DNA of 64,000 nt from the NCBI RefSeq assembly GCF_009914755.1, contig NC_060926.1. The stretch is one strand, 5' to 3'. The notes below the pieces were generated by a model. That model saw only the letters and a list, made by a program, of their open reading frames with translations, was not told the DNA's origin and ran no database searches. Shown piece after piece: positions 10,680 to 23,926 of the stretch. This DNA comes from the human T2T-CHM13v2.0 reference genome, Homo sapiens. Each line of letters begins with the position of its first letter. The first letter of the stretch is position 1. Position numbers and translations under genes: made by a program.

Positions 10680-12585
10680 TCTCCTATGTTGAATGACCTG
10701 CTTCCTATGTCTTGTTCTTTGTTGGCTTATTATTAAGTATTATTATTATTACTATTATCGTAGAGCTCATATTTGAGTCACTTCTTAAGAAAGGAAAAGG
10801 AGTGAACAATGAGAACACATGGACACAGGGAGGGGAACAACACACACTGGGGCCTGTTGGGTGGTGGGGTAGGCAGAGAGAGAGCATTAGGAAAAATAGC
10901 TAGTGCCTGGTGGGCTTAATACCTAGGTGATGGGTTAATAGGTGCAGCAAACCACTATGGCACACGTTTACCTGTGCAACAAACCTGCACATCCTGCCCA
11001 TGTACTCCTGAACTAAAAATAAAAATTAAAAAAAAAGAAATGATAAGAGGGAAGTGAATTTTTGAATCTTGAATGTTTGAAAATATCTTTATTGAAATAT
11101 CATATTAATTGCTAGTTTGCCCGGGTTTAGACTTTTAGATCAGAAATAATTTTCCTTCAAAATTTCAAAGGCATTTTTCAATGTTTCCTTTCAGGGTTAT
11201 TGTTGAGAAACCTGATGCCATCCCAATCCTCAATTCCTTATCCCCTCATTTGAAGCTTATAGAATTGTGATTTCACTGTGCTGGAAGCTCACTAGGTCCT
11301 TTACATCTAAAAACTCTTGTCATTCACTTCTAGGAACTTCTTTTGAAATATTACAGTGGTAATTTTCTCCTTTCTCACTGCTGTGATATCTCTTTCTAGA
11401 ACATCTGTTATTTGGATATGGGATGTTCTACATACTTTGTTCTACTTTACAGTATATTCTCTTAACTTTATCTTACAACTCTTCAATTGATATTTTCATT
11501 TTATTTCCTGCTTATTATTTGAATTTCTAAGAACTCATTCAAAATGATGGGAATATTTTTCTTATGTGTTATTCTCTTTTTGTTTCATGTCTGCATTACC
11601 CTATCCCTCTGAGACTATGAATCATAGCTTTATGTTCCTTTTTTTGGTCTTCTTTTGGCATGGTCTCTATTTTCTCCTAGTTCCTCTTTGTTCTGTTTGT
11701 CCTTTGGGTCTCTGTATTCTATTTTAGAGTGGCTTCTTTATCTTAGAGGCTTTCCTTTAACTCTGATATCCAGTAAACCTAGGTACCTGTTCATGATTAA
11801 GAATGAACTACTCAGAGGTTTATTTGAAGCTCTCATTGTCTGGTATGTTGTCAACTTTCAGATTCGCAAGAGGAGAATGCTCCAGTGTCTTTGGTAATTT
11901 TTCCTTGTGCTGCTCAGATTTCCCAGAAAACCCTCCCACTCTTCCTCCTGTAACAGCAGAAATCTGACTGCCAGAGCAACTGTCTTGGAGATTAAACAGT
12001 CAGCATTATTTTTACATAGTTACTTATTTCCTTTGTTTTCAGTATGGTGCCCACACCCTCAACTGTGCTTGATGTCCCTAGAAACCTTCTGTTTTGCTTT
12101 TTACTTTTTTTTTTTTAAGGGAATACGTATCAACAATTTTATGGTGCAGCAAACATCTTTTAGAGTCATGGAGTTGAAGAGAATGGCAACTAGTGGTCTA
12201 CCTGATTCTTAGATGGCTTCACCCAAATATCTGTTACTTTGACCTCTTCCTTCCCTTTATCTGCCTCTCCTGGTTCCAAACATGACTGGGATGCCCCCTT
12301 CTGGGGCCCCTTGAGGATTTGAGGATTCTGTGGTGTAACTTGTGTTGGTTTTCAATTTTCTTTGATACTGACTTGTAATTTAACTTTCTCGGCTCTATCA
12401 AGTTACTTCTTATCCACTTGCTTTTGGCTTCTAAAATTTGGCTGCTGTTGTCTTCTTTTCTTTCTTCCCATTTGCAAGAGTTTGTTTCTACAAAAAAAAA
12501 AACATTGTTTATAATGAATTTAGTGGGTTTCATGGGGAAACAAAATTAATGTATGTGTTTAACCTGTCATCTTAACCAGTAACTC
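10680..12585 (-). mobile_element. HAL1/L1M-type ancient LINE, interrupted by an L1PA
   Basis: T-rich antisense ORF1-like region (TTGTTGAGAAACCTGATGCCAT) and HAL1-like 5' terminus (TGTGTTTAACCTGTCATCTTAACCAG). Confidence 0.6.
10801..11036 (+). mobile_element. 5'-truncated L1PA (approx. L1PA11-13) 3' end
   Basis: GAACAATGAGAACACATGGACACAGGGAGGGGAAC...CTGCACATCCTGCCCATGTAC followed by a poly-A tail. Confidence 0.92.
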
Positions 12586-12989
12586 GGCTGGTGTAGTTTT
12601 AATGTTAAGCTTTCACCTATTTAACACATATTTCTTGATCTCTGTGGAGTGAAGAAGAACATCATCTCGCCTCCATAAATTCTAAGACAATTACTTTTGG
12701 CATCATTTAGATACCCTTTCCTTATTAAGTTTAGGATAGTCAAGCTTTCAAGCACTAAAAGTGCTGGGTAATAATGGTAATTAGCCAAATTGGGAAAATA
12801 AGGCCATCTCTCTACCTCGTAATTTCCTTTTTTCCCTCTAGGTTTAGCAGTACAATTTGAATTAAGACAAATTCAGATGTTCTCTAAACATATTAATCCC
12901 ATTGCACCCCCAAATTATACACTTTTTCTTCTTCTAATGTTAAAATAGTTACTAAACCAGCGAATGTTCCTTAACCACACTTATGCTAC

Positions 12990-13645
12990 GAGCCCCTTAT
13001 CCAAACATTCTCTCAGTTTGGATGATTTCACCTCCTGAATATCTCCTGCATTTTTTCCTTTTGTATTTTCCCTGCTGCAAATCTCTCAAACCTACCTCTT
13101 TGATTGCTGTCAGACAGTTTTTTTTTCTGAATTACAAATATGACCATGTCACTTTCTTTTTTAACTCCCAAATGAATCTGTATTGCTTTAATAAAGTCTA
13201 AACTTAGAGCAGCATCAAAAGCTGTCAAAGATGCCCTAACTGCCCTCGTATTTTCAACCTCATTTTTCACCATGGCTTTCCTGGGTGCAGCACTTCAGTA
13301 AGAACACATGCAGGTGTGTGTATCCATGGCAGACTCCAGGCAATTTCATACTGCTGTGCCCTTACACATGCTGCTCTCTCTGCTTGGAGCATCCTCCTTG
13401 TGCTGTCTCCTCTGGTGACATCCTTCAAAACCAGGTTGGATGTCTCTAGGAATCTCTCACCAGCCCTCTTGAGGTTGGGCTCAGAGCCCCTTCTTTACCC
13501 ATGGAGAGTCCTCTGCATTGGTGCATCCTGCATCGACATGGTTTGCCTGAGCTTCCATGCCCTCTTGGAGCCCCATGATTTTATTCCTCATGTCTTGCAT
13601 GCTGCCTGACAGTGTAGAATGTTTCCTACTGTGAGAATATTGAAT
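12990..13645 (+). mobile_element. L2 LINE 3' fragment
   Basis: TGACCATGTCACTTTC, CACATGCTGCTCTCTCTGCTTGGAGCAT and TCCTTCAAAACCAGG are L2 hallmarks. Confidence 0.65.
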
Positions 13646-13649
13646 CTGA

Positions 13650-14106
<457 letters not shown>

Positions 14107-15029
14107 AACTTTGGTCTGTTCTTCATGAGCTGTTTAATTTCTCTGGGCCTCAGCTATGTCATTTTAATCATTATTTGTTTAGATTCATATAATTTAACTC
14201 TAGCATTGTCATCTTTCTCAAAATCCTTCTGTCTTTTCCTGATACTTGTCCCTCCAGCCCCATACATCCTTTTCTGGTGTTTCCTACATAAAGTTTGCTG
14301 CTAGCAAGCTCTCAATAAGTTCACCCAAGTTTTAGCTAATAATTTCAAATACACTCCCAAATGGATTTGCATTACTAGAAAGAGTTCTGGATGCTTGAAA
14401 AGTCTTATAACTCCAAAGATTAAAGCTTCCTATGGATGGGAGATTTCATAGTGCTCATTAAGGATATTGGGTGAAGGGGCTCTACTCTGGATCTTCTCCT
14501 CCCACCACCTAAATAACTGTACCACATGCCTTTAGGAGGGTGTGTGTGTGTGTTACAGAACATGGTCTCCAATTCTTTTGCTTTTATTTCCAGCCAATGA
14601 GCTCAGGGATGTGAGTTGGATAGAAACAGTCGGCTAGACTACCGTGAGATCTGAAGGATAGGTGTTTATTTTAGTACGTTTATTCAGAGAATAGCAGGCA
14701 CCTAGGAAGGAAAACCGATTACAGAGATAAAAAGCAGTTAGGATCTCTCGGAAGGATAGGAATTCATGTGCATTCAGAAAGAAAAAAAAACAGTTGTTCT
14801 TGTGTGTGTAAGGAAAATCATCTCTGTGGAAATAGGTTGTTTACGTTTTCAAGTCGGCAAATTCCCTTCACAGCCACACCACGTATCAAATAGAGAAGGG
14901 AGACTTTTTTTTTTGGTCCCTGGTGTGCACAAGGAGGATCCCTTGAGATGCATCCTCGTGGAGCAGGAAAGATCATAATAGCAATAATGACAACAATGCA
15001 TCAATTGTTCTCAAAGGCATCTATGGGGC

Positions 15030-15230
15030 AGAGTATGCTTTTCAAAGGACATTCACTTCTATTCCATCCCATTTGATCATTATGACAACCGCAGGAGGGA
15101 GATAAGATGGGTTTCATTATCACCATTTCACAAGTAAGCATCCTGAGATGGGGACAATGTAGAGTTATTTTTCTGGAATCACAGAGCTAGCTAGTGGCAG
15201 CTTTGGAGCCAGAGCCCAGTTTTTTCTAAG
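15030..15230 (-). mobile_element. MIR SINE
   Basis: CATTTGATCATTATGACAACC...ATCACAGAGCTAGCTAGTGGCAG resembles antisense MIR. Confidence 0.65.
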
Positions 15231-15744
15231 AATTTCTGTCACATAAATGGATTATGTGTACTGCATGAACACAGAAATGCCCAGGATGTGGAGAAAGCCC
15301 AAACCTCTCTCTTACTTGGAAGTCTGGATCAGTGGTTCTGGGAATTCGCAGATTTGCCTGGCAGTTCTCTTAAGAGGACACAGAAAGGCCAACTGGGAAA
15401 TCCCTTAACACTAGTTCATTGATACCTTGACTATCTTAGCCAGGAGAATTGGTGTTTTTATTTTCCCTGGCTAGCTGTTGGGTTTGTAAATCTCCAGAGA
15501 TAAATTAAGGATTTGTTCAGTGGCCTTGAATGAATCATGAATTGTTTCATAATTGTTTCTTTATGCAAAGAAGAGCAGAAGGGAGTATTAGTGGCCTGGT
15601 TCTTTGGACGGTGTGTCTACTGACCTGGTATCCAAGGGATGTGTTTGCTCTGCTTGATGAACAGAGAAGAAAGAAGAGGAAAGGAAAGCAATGCTCAGCT
15701 CTTCCATGTAACACAGACTACTCTGCATTTGTTATCCCATCAGC

Positions 15745-15920
15745 TCAGAATGTTAGGTGGCAAGGGTTTTGGAGATCTAGTGCAAACCCCTCACTCAGAG
15801 AAGGGAATTGAGACTCACAGAGCTGAAGTGTCCACCTAAAGTCCAGGGAACCAGTTAACAACAAAGCTGAGACTGGAATAAAAAAGCCAATAGGACTAGT
15901 TTCTAGCTACCATTTTCTTA
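15745..15920 (-). mobile_element. MIR3-like SINE
   Basis: TCAGAATGTTAG...GAGATCTAGTGCAAACCCCTC...GAATTGAGACTCACAGAG. Confidence 0.55.
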
Positions 15921-16024
15921 GAATCTCCTTTGTGCTTGCTACAGTGATGCACACTTGTGTATCTGTTGCTCTATTGTTTCTTACATTCCCCAAAATTGAG
16001 TCCTATTATTCCAGTGTTTTAGTG

Positions 16025-16445
16025 AGGGTAAGTTAGGCTAGTTTGAGGTAACAAAGTAGCACTGCAATCTCAGAATCATTAATATAACATAGATTTATTT
16101 ATTGTTCTTGCTACTAATTTAGCGTAGATTTGTGGGTGACAGATGCAGCATGTATGGAAGTGCTTCTTCTTGTCACTGCCACCAAAGGACCCAGACTGAG
16201 AGAATGTCCAACTTGCAGTAGGTGCACCCGAGAGCACACATCTCTGGGTTTGCTGGGGCAAAAGAAGAGAATTCCCTTCTCTGTCGTTAGGCCCATAAGA
16301 GCTTCACATCGCTTTTTCTCATAGCCCCTTGATCAGATTAGTCACACATACCCATCCAACTGCCAAAGAGCTGAGAAGTCACTGTCTTCCTGTCCTTCAA
16401 AGGAGATGAGGACAGACACTGAGGAACCTGAGAGATGACAGCCAC
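16025..16445 (-). mobile_element. Old MLT1 (MLT1I-L class) MaLR LTR
   Basis: GTTAGGCTAGTTTGAGGTAACAAA...AATCTCAG, GGACCCAGACTGA and ATTAGTCACAC...CCAACTGC are antisense MLT1J/K-like blocks. Confidence 0.6.
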
Positions 16446-16459
16446 TTTGATCTTCTTGC

Positions 16460-17200
16460 TTCTACTCATAACCTTTAATTGCCACATAGCAGACAAAGTG
16501 ATGTTTTTAAAATAAAAATTGTATTTTATATATATAAATATATTTATAATTATGTTATATTACATGTTTTATTTATAACTGTATATTACATATAAATTAT
16601 ATTTATAATTATACACATAACTATTGATACAATATATAAAAAATATATTATAAACACATAATTACATATATACAATTATATATAACTTCTAGGAAAAGTA
16701 AATTCATATATATACATACACACACATATATATATACATAAATTCATTATTATTTCACAGCTCTGATGGAAGTTCCTTCCGACTGTATTTCCTTCCTATC
16801 ATCTTAAGATAAAAGACAAGCCACTGTGCCATAAGGCCTCTAGGCCTGTGTGGCCTGGCCTTTTCTATTCTCATGCTTCAGTCCCCTAAACGTGTGCTGT
16901 AGCAGGCATGCTTTCTTCCAGTTCTTGCATATTCCAAGTGCTTTCTTTGCTCAGGTTCTTGACCCCTGCTTTCTTTTTGCTTGGCTAATTCTTATGCAGC
17001 TTTCACGTTTCAGCTTCAGTGTCATCTCTGACCTGCTCTACGTTCCATGCACGTAGAGAGCATGGGTATTTTGTTCTCCATTATAGATTCAGCACATCAT
17101 ACTGCACCTGGCACAAAGAATATACTCAATAAATATTTGTTTATATTAATTAACAAATTAATAAATATTTGTTAAATGATTACACGCAAGAATGAATGAT
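16460..17200 (+). mobile_element. L2a 3' end containing an AT-rich low-complexity expansion (about 16520-16745)
   Basis: Ends CCTGGCACAAAGAATATACTCAATAAATATTTGTT...GAATGAATGA. Confidence 0.75.
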
Positions 17201-18989
17201 CAGAGGCCTCCCATATACAGCACTATATGTAGTCTTCTAAAGCACATTGACATAGCCATAACAGATAAATCAGTCACTTAGAACAGCAACCATTTATATT
17301 CTTTTATATTCTTAGCAATATTATTATGATAAAGATGCCCACATTGCAGGTAATGATAATTCCAAGTGTTCGCAATTCATCACCTGCCTACTGGACATTT
17401 TCAGCATACAACATATTATTATTTTTAGTATTAAAGTACATAATAGGAATGGAAATCTAAGGTTTGAGTAACAGGAAATGTGCAACATATTTTCAAAGAC
17501 AGATACCACCAATTCAGCCTCTCTCATGAGACCAATGGAGTGATATTTTCCAAATAAGGTATCAAATGCAAAGTGACAAAGGATTTTTGCATCATTTCCA
17601 AATGTGGACCAGTACTTAAGAAGAGTAGTTTTAACTCCCTACATTGACATAGCTAAGGCAATTTGATGGTTCGGAAGGACAATGGCATGGAATATGTATA
17701 ATTAGAACTGTCATGGAGAATCTGAGACAGATTGTTGTCATCTAGTCAGATCTCAACAGAAGAAAAGTGATTGGAAGCCTGATATACCTATTTTAAAAGG
17801 TACAATGAGTGGTATAATTAAAAAGGTTGGGTATAAGCTTGACGAAGTTAGCAGATACTCATTAAAACCATTTCAGTAATTCCTATAATAATACTGGCCA
17901 TGGTTTTAAAGTCACCTAGTGAAAGTCATTATATTGAAATAATTAAAGAAAAACTTCATATTGTGTTTCCTTGGCAATAGAACATTCAGATGGAGCCACA
18001 CTAAATATTTTTCTATTTATTGCAGCCATCTCCTTAATGACACTTTTCAGCACATATTATACATTAAAATTGTTTATGATATTTTGTTATTGCTGAATTT
18101 GATTTAATTACATCAGGGCTTAAGGAAAAGGAGTCTAAACTGAGAGAGTTCATGAAGACTTCGTTTTCTAACAGTTTAGCGAAAGGTCTTTCAATTCCCT
18201 TGCCTCTGCTTATACGCCTCCTGCTCCCCACTCCTAAAACCATACATAAAATGGTATTGTCCAATCTCTTCTTAGTCTTACCTTCACTAAAGGCTGTGAA
18301 CTGCCTTCAGAAATATACTCGTAAAACTTACACAGACTCTCATTAGGAAGCTGCTACCCTCCACTCCCGTCACAGCTTAACTCCAATCTCTTTGGTCTTT
18401 TAAATACCTTGTTTCCTCTCCATCTTTAAGAGACAAATAGATATATCTTTCAAGAATGTTTCAAATGAGAACTCATAACTTTCTTGAGGGAATTCTCTTG
18501 CCCACTTGGAAAATAGCTTCTCTGGCAGGGGTCGTGATTTCCGATGGGGGCGAAGTCACGGCTTTTCGCAACTACTCTGTATTTTTGTTTTAAATGTACA
18601 GGAATCTCTTCTAAAGTTCAGATATAGACTTATACTCCCCTGACATACTCGGGGGGTCTGGATATTTTCGGAGGTTGAAGCATTCATATTCCATCCAGTG
18701 GTTTGTATGAAAGTAGAGTCAGCGTGATCAACACTGGACACTGGGAGGTGACTCTCGGACAGCCAAACCTCTCCTTTCTGTGCCAGCTTCCCCCTTAGGA
18801 AGACCCTACTATACCATTGTCAGGAATTCCGGAATTCCATACTCCCTTCCTCAAAACCCCCCTTTTTCCTGAAATCCACTCTCAGGAAAACAGGTAAGCT
18901 CCTTTCAATATACAAATGAATCATCAGATCTTATACTCTAGCTTTCCTGCAGATATTTGAGTAATTGCAGAAGGCTAAGCTTTAAGTTA

Positions 18990-19350
18990 AAGAAGTTAAT
19001 CTTTGTCATTTATAATAGAAAAAAAATAAAAGCAAATGACTAACAGGGAAGAAATTAAGTAAGTTATTACTTATACCTGATGGCATGTTACCAAAGCACA
19101 TTGACAGAAAGTTTAAATTTTTTTCCTATAAAATTATTAAACATTTAAAACTTGTAGAATATTAATGGCAAAACATGCTTATGCCATATGTTGAGCAAAC
19201 ACAGGAGGAAAGAGTATAATACGATAAAAACTATTTAAAATGTCACAGAAAAAGACTAGAAGTGAATAGTTGCTTTTGAGTAATGGGATTATGGTTTTTA
19301 TTTTAATTTAAAACATCCCTTTATTATTTTTTGTAACAGGGAAAAATGTA
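18990..19350 (+). mobile_element. Old L1 (L1ME/L1MC-like) 3' end fragment
   Basis: A-rich, AGAAAAAGACTAGAAG...GAGTAATGGGATTATGG. Confidence 0.5.
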
Positions 19351-19429
19351 AGTGTAAAATAAAGAATGGATTCTCAATGGGAGATTTTTTTTAAAAAACC
19401 AGTTTCTGCTTGAATATATATACATACAG

Positions 19430-19750
19430 TTTTTTTTCTTTCTTTCTTTCTTTTTTTTTTTTTTTTTTGAGATGGAGTCTCACTCTGTCTCCAAGGCTGG
19501 AGTGCAGTGGCGCGATCTTGGCTCACTGCAACCTCCACTTCCCGGGTTCCAGTGATTCTTCTACCTTAACCTCCTGAGTAGCTGGTATGACAGGCATGTG
19601 TCACCATGCCTGGCTAATTTTTGTATTTACAGTAGAGATGGGGTTTCACCATGTTGGCCAGGCTGGTCTCGAACTCCTGACCTCAGTTGATCCACAAGTC
19701 CCAGTCTCCCAAAGTGCTGGGATTACAGGCATGAGCCACCGTGCCTGGCC
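19430..19750 (-). mobile_element. AluSx-like
   Basis: Full dimeric Alu, antisense, poly-T at left. Confidence 0.96.
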
Positions 19751-19974
19751 GAATATCTTTATCTACTAACACCTACACTCCTTATTTGGTGGGGAATGGC
19801 ATACCAGTTCTCCCCACATGCTTTCCAGAAGGCTGATTGAGTGGAACACTTGGAGCTGATGACTTGGATTTACATAAGTCTCATCTTACTAACACATCAA
19901 GGCTTTTGGATTTAAACCTCTTCAGCATCCTCTGTATCCCTAAGGAATGCAGTTTCTGCCCCTCTTATCCCTGA

Positions 19975-20185
19975 GTATAGAGGAGAATAAAGCTTTGGCA
20001 TCAAATCGCCTTCAGTTGTGGTTGAATCCACCATTTGCTAGCCGTGTGACCCTGGGTGTCTACTTAGGCAAGGAAGACAAGCTTTCTTATCTGTAAGGTG
20101 GTAATCTGGTGAAATAAAAATGAGAAAATCTATGTTAAAAAATTCTTAGCACAGATTCTCAAACACGAATAGTTACTTAATATCT
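19975..20185 (+). mobile_element. MIR SINE
   Basis: CCACCATTTGCTAGCCGTGTGACCCTGGG...TTTCTTATCTGTAAG. Confidence 0.65.
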
Positions 20186-21325
20186 CATGACTCATTATTG
20201 CACTATGCCTCCAAAACTGAATGTGCCTCATAGTGTGGGTTTTATCAAGATTGGGATCTGCCTCTCATTTCTTAGGATGAGATCTTTCTTAGGAATACCT
20301 GTGGCTCTATTTCCTCCTTCCCCAATCATGCCTGAAACCTTGGATTGGCAAAGTCCTGCTTCATTCAAATAAGCCCTGGGTTTGCTCAAGAGAACAGTGG
20401 CTTATCTTTTCCAAGTTAATAGAATACAATTTAAATTACGTTTTCACCACAAAGACTGAGTTAATCCTGCTAGAGGCTTTTTCCATTTCCTGACCAATAC
20501 GATTTGGCACTGGAGGAGACTATGGTATGTTAATAACAGTATTAATTGTTAAAATTCACTTGTTACAAAGTTTTCATTGTCTTGGTATCATTATAATTTT
20601 CCTTTTATAAGGAGAATCGACTTAAATCACTTGGCTGCTCTTTGTTCTTCCTGTTTGCTAAGCACTGGCGACGTCTTGTTTTCAGCACTTAACTGAGTGC
20701 ACATCTCAGCTCTCACCTAAAGCCTTTGCCAAGGGGCTAATTTCCAACATTGACAGCATCCTCCACTCCTGCGTCCCTGAAGCAAAGCTAAAGAAAAAGT
20801 AGGAAATAGCAAGAGGGAAGAAGTAATTTCCTTCACTTCTTTCTGAGTCTGTTCATTCCTTCTTGGAATTCAGTTGAGGGTTAACTGTCTTCTCCTTTCC
20901 TGCGAATGCTTCACGCCGCCTCCTGGTGACCAAATAAAGCCATACTTTTTTTGCTGTCTTTGGAAATATTCTTCATGGCTCCTGTGGGCTGTGGGAGCAG
21001 GAAGCCAACAAAAGATAAGGTCTCAAATCTCTTCAAACAGTCCTCACACTTGCTCTGCTGCCAAGTCATTAAGCAAGCAAACTCCTCTCCCATACGGGCT
21101 GTTAACTTTTATTTGTGTAGTGCTGCTTTTAAACATGGCTGGCCTGAACTCTTTTTTTTTTTTCTCCTTGTATTGAGAAGAAACTGCCCAGCATCTGCTT
21201 TGATCACTGCAATGTCTGCTAGTCTACTAGACTTTTGGCCTATCTCAGATGACTCTTTGAATGTAGCTTGTTTTTTTTGTTGTTGTTGGTGGTGGTGGTG
21301 GTTGTTTTTGTTTGTTTGTTTAGCC

Positions 21326-21940
21326 TCATTCATGTATTCATTCATTCAGGATTCATTTTTCTAATTCAACAAATTTATTTTAATCAGCTAGTATTTGACC
21401 ATTCTAGATGTTAGGTATATATCAGGGAATATAGCAGTTAAAAAAAAAAAAGAAAAAATCCTTGCCCTTCTAAAGCTCACTGTCCAGTAGGGGAAGGGAG
21501 CTATGCAAGTTACTGCATATAGTGTGCCATAATGTGGTTAAGTGCTTTGGGGAAAAAGTAGAACAGGGTAAAGAAGATCAGAAGAATCAATGGGAGAGGT
21601 CTATCATTTTAAATGAAGTGGTCAGGATGGGTTCCATTGAGAAGTGAATGTGAGTCAAGACTCAAGGAACTGCAGGCATGAGCCAAAAAGCCCCACGAGG
21701 CAAGAACGCTTCAGATCCTGTGGGAGGAAACCAAGACATAGAAGCTTTTGTTCATATTCTTGGCAGTATGAGTCATTGGGGGAACACAGACTAATAAAGA
21801 ATGTTTCTTGCCTTCAAAGAGTTTATAGTCTAATATAAGAAACAGGTCCAAAATAGGCAATTTCAGTAGACTGTGATTGATAAAACACTTGGCTAAGGAT
21901 GCTTTAGGGGCATAAAATGGTCTGAAGAAGGTGATATTGT
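21326..21940 (-). mobile_element. L2 3' end fragments
   Basis: Starts with (CATT)n and TTCAACAAATTTATT, then CCTTGCCCTTCTAAAGCTCACTGTCCAGTAGGGG. Confidence 0.75.
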
Positions 21941-22264
21941 TAATGGCTTCTCTTTGTCAGCATTTGTTAAATGGCCTTTTGTAGAGTATAGACCACTAAT
22001 TACAGAAAATAAGAGTCATTGGGGGGACTCAAATTTGTTTAGCAAGGTCTATATAAGTTAAATGATATAATAATATATTAAAATTTATACATTAAGCGTA
22101 ATAATTAAGTGCTCAATTTATTGATTATATTTATATAAGCTACTACATAGCAATATATTATTAATTTATATTTAGATTGTCTCAATAGGATTAATTCATA
22201 GATTGATTATTTTAATGTATGGATTATGTAAATGTAGTTCATTATGTTTATGTCAATATATTAA

Positions 22265-22555
<291 letters not shown>

Positions 22556-22669
22556 CTCAATATATTAAAATATTTGTTAAGTAATATGAAATTAATGTAT
22601 TTTGTAAATTAAATCATTAAATAATTGATAATGAGATTTTATGTATTTAATTACATTTTATATAAGTTA

Positions 22670-22785
22670 ATAAATTTTAAATATTATAATTAATTTCACT
22701 TTCATTTTAACTACTTTTACAGTGGCCACTAGAAAATTTGAAATTACACATGTGGCTGACACTTTATTTCTATTTGTCAGCACTG
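22670..22785 (-). mobile_element. MER33 (hAT-Charlie) terminal fragment
   Basis: GTGGCCACTAGAAAATTTGAAATTACACATGTGGCT...TTTCTATTTGTCAGCACTG. Confidence 0.75.
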
Positions 22786-23514
22786 GTCTTGATTCACTGA
22801 ACAGATGGCTGGCTTCCTAGTTCCTTACCTCTTAGCATTCCAGAATGAACAAGGTTACCCCAGGTCACTGAGGGACACTGTTGAGGAGAAAAAGTTGGAT
22901 TCATTGAGATCAACATACAATGTCTTTCCAACTGCCTTACCTTCTTCTTAGTAACCTGATGAGTACTTCTCATGCAGGGGATTTAGATAAAACTTTCTTA
23001 GACTTTCTGTGTGAACTGTTAGCAGGTACATGAATTTATGTGATTCTTCATTCTTTTTGCAAAAAAACAGTCTAAGTTTTACCCACTCTATAAAGTCTGT
23101 TCTCTATTTTTCAGCCGCTTGTGGTGTTCATTTACCATTCAACACAGGTTAAGCACTGCTACTGCTGATTATTATAATAATTATTATTTTGCGATAGTTT
23201 TGGTTTTACCTGCAAGAAAACTCAGTCTAGTTTTGGATTTCTTTATACCGCAACCCATGGAGCAAATGTTACTCATGTAAAACTCTCAATGAGTGTCTTT
23301 TATCTTTGCTGCTGCCATTTCATTACCTGGGACATTTGTGCCTTGAATTGTGTATGAAATTCTACTTTAAAACAGATTCCTGGTTTATATACTCATATTG
23401 ATGGTCTCTATTTTATTCCTTGGAAGCAGTTCTGTGTTCTGTTTCCTCTGTCCCCACCCACTCTATACAGTTCTATCATTCCATTCTTGAGAGTCATAAT
23501 TCAGCATTCCCCCC

Positions 23515-23926
23515 TGTATCAGTCCATTTTTTCATTGATATAAAAATACCTGAGACTGAGTAACTTATTAAAAAAAAAGAGTTGTAATTGGCTCACAGTT
23601 CTGCAGACCGTGCAGGAAGCATGATGCTGGCATCTGCTTCTGGGGAGGTCTCAGAAAGCTTCCAATCATGGCAGAAGGTGAAGGGGGAGCAGGTACATGA
23701 CTTGGTGTTGAAAGCAAGAGCAAGTGGGGAGGTACCACACAGTTTTAAATGACCAGATCTCATGAGAACTCACTCACTATTGCTAGGACAGTACCAAGAG
23801 GGATGGTGCCAAACCATTCACGAAAAAATCATGATCCAATCAGCCTCTGACCAGGCCCCACCTCCAACACTGGGGATAACATTTCAATGTGAGATTTGGG
23901 CAGGGATAGATAGCCAAACTATATTA
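23515..23926 (-). mobile_element. MSTA-type MaLR solo LTR
   Basis: Termini TGTATCAGTCC...CCAAACTATATTA. Internal GGAAGCATGATGCTGGCATCTGCTTCTGGGGAGG. Confidence 0.92.

Noticed and set aside
5460-12845. Isolated splice-like sites (minus donors near 5465 and 10482, plus acceptor at 12841)
   Set aside because: No convincing partner site defining an exon. Such motifs are frequent by chance.
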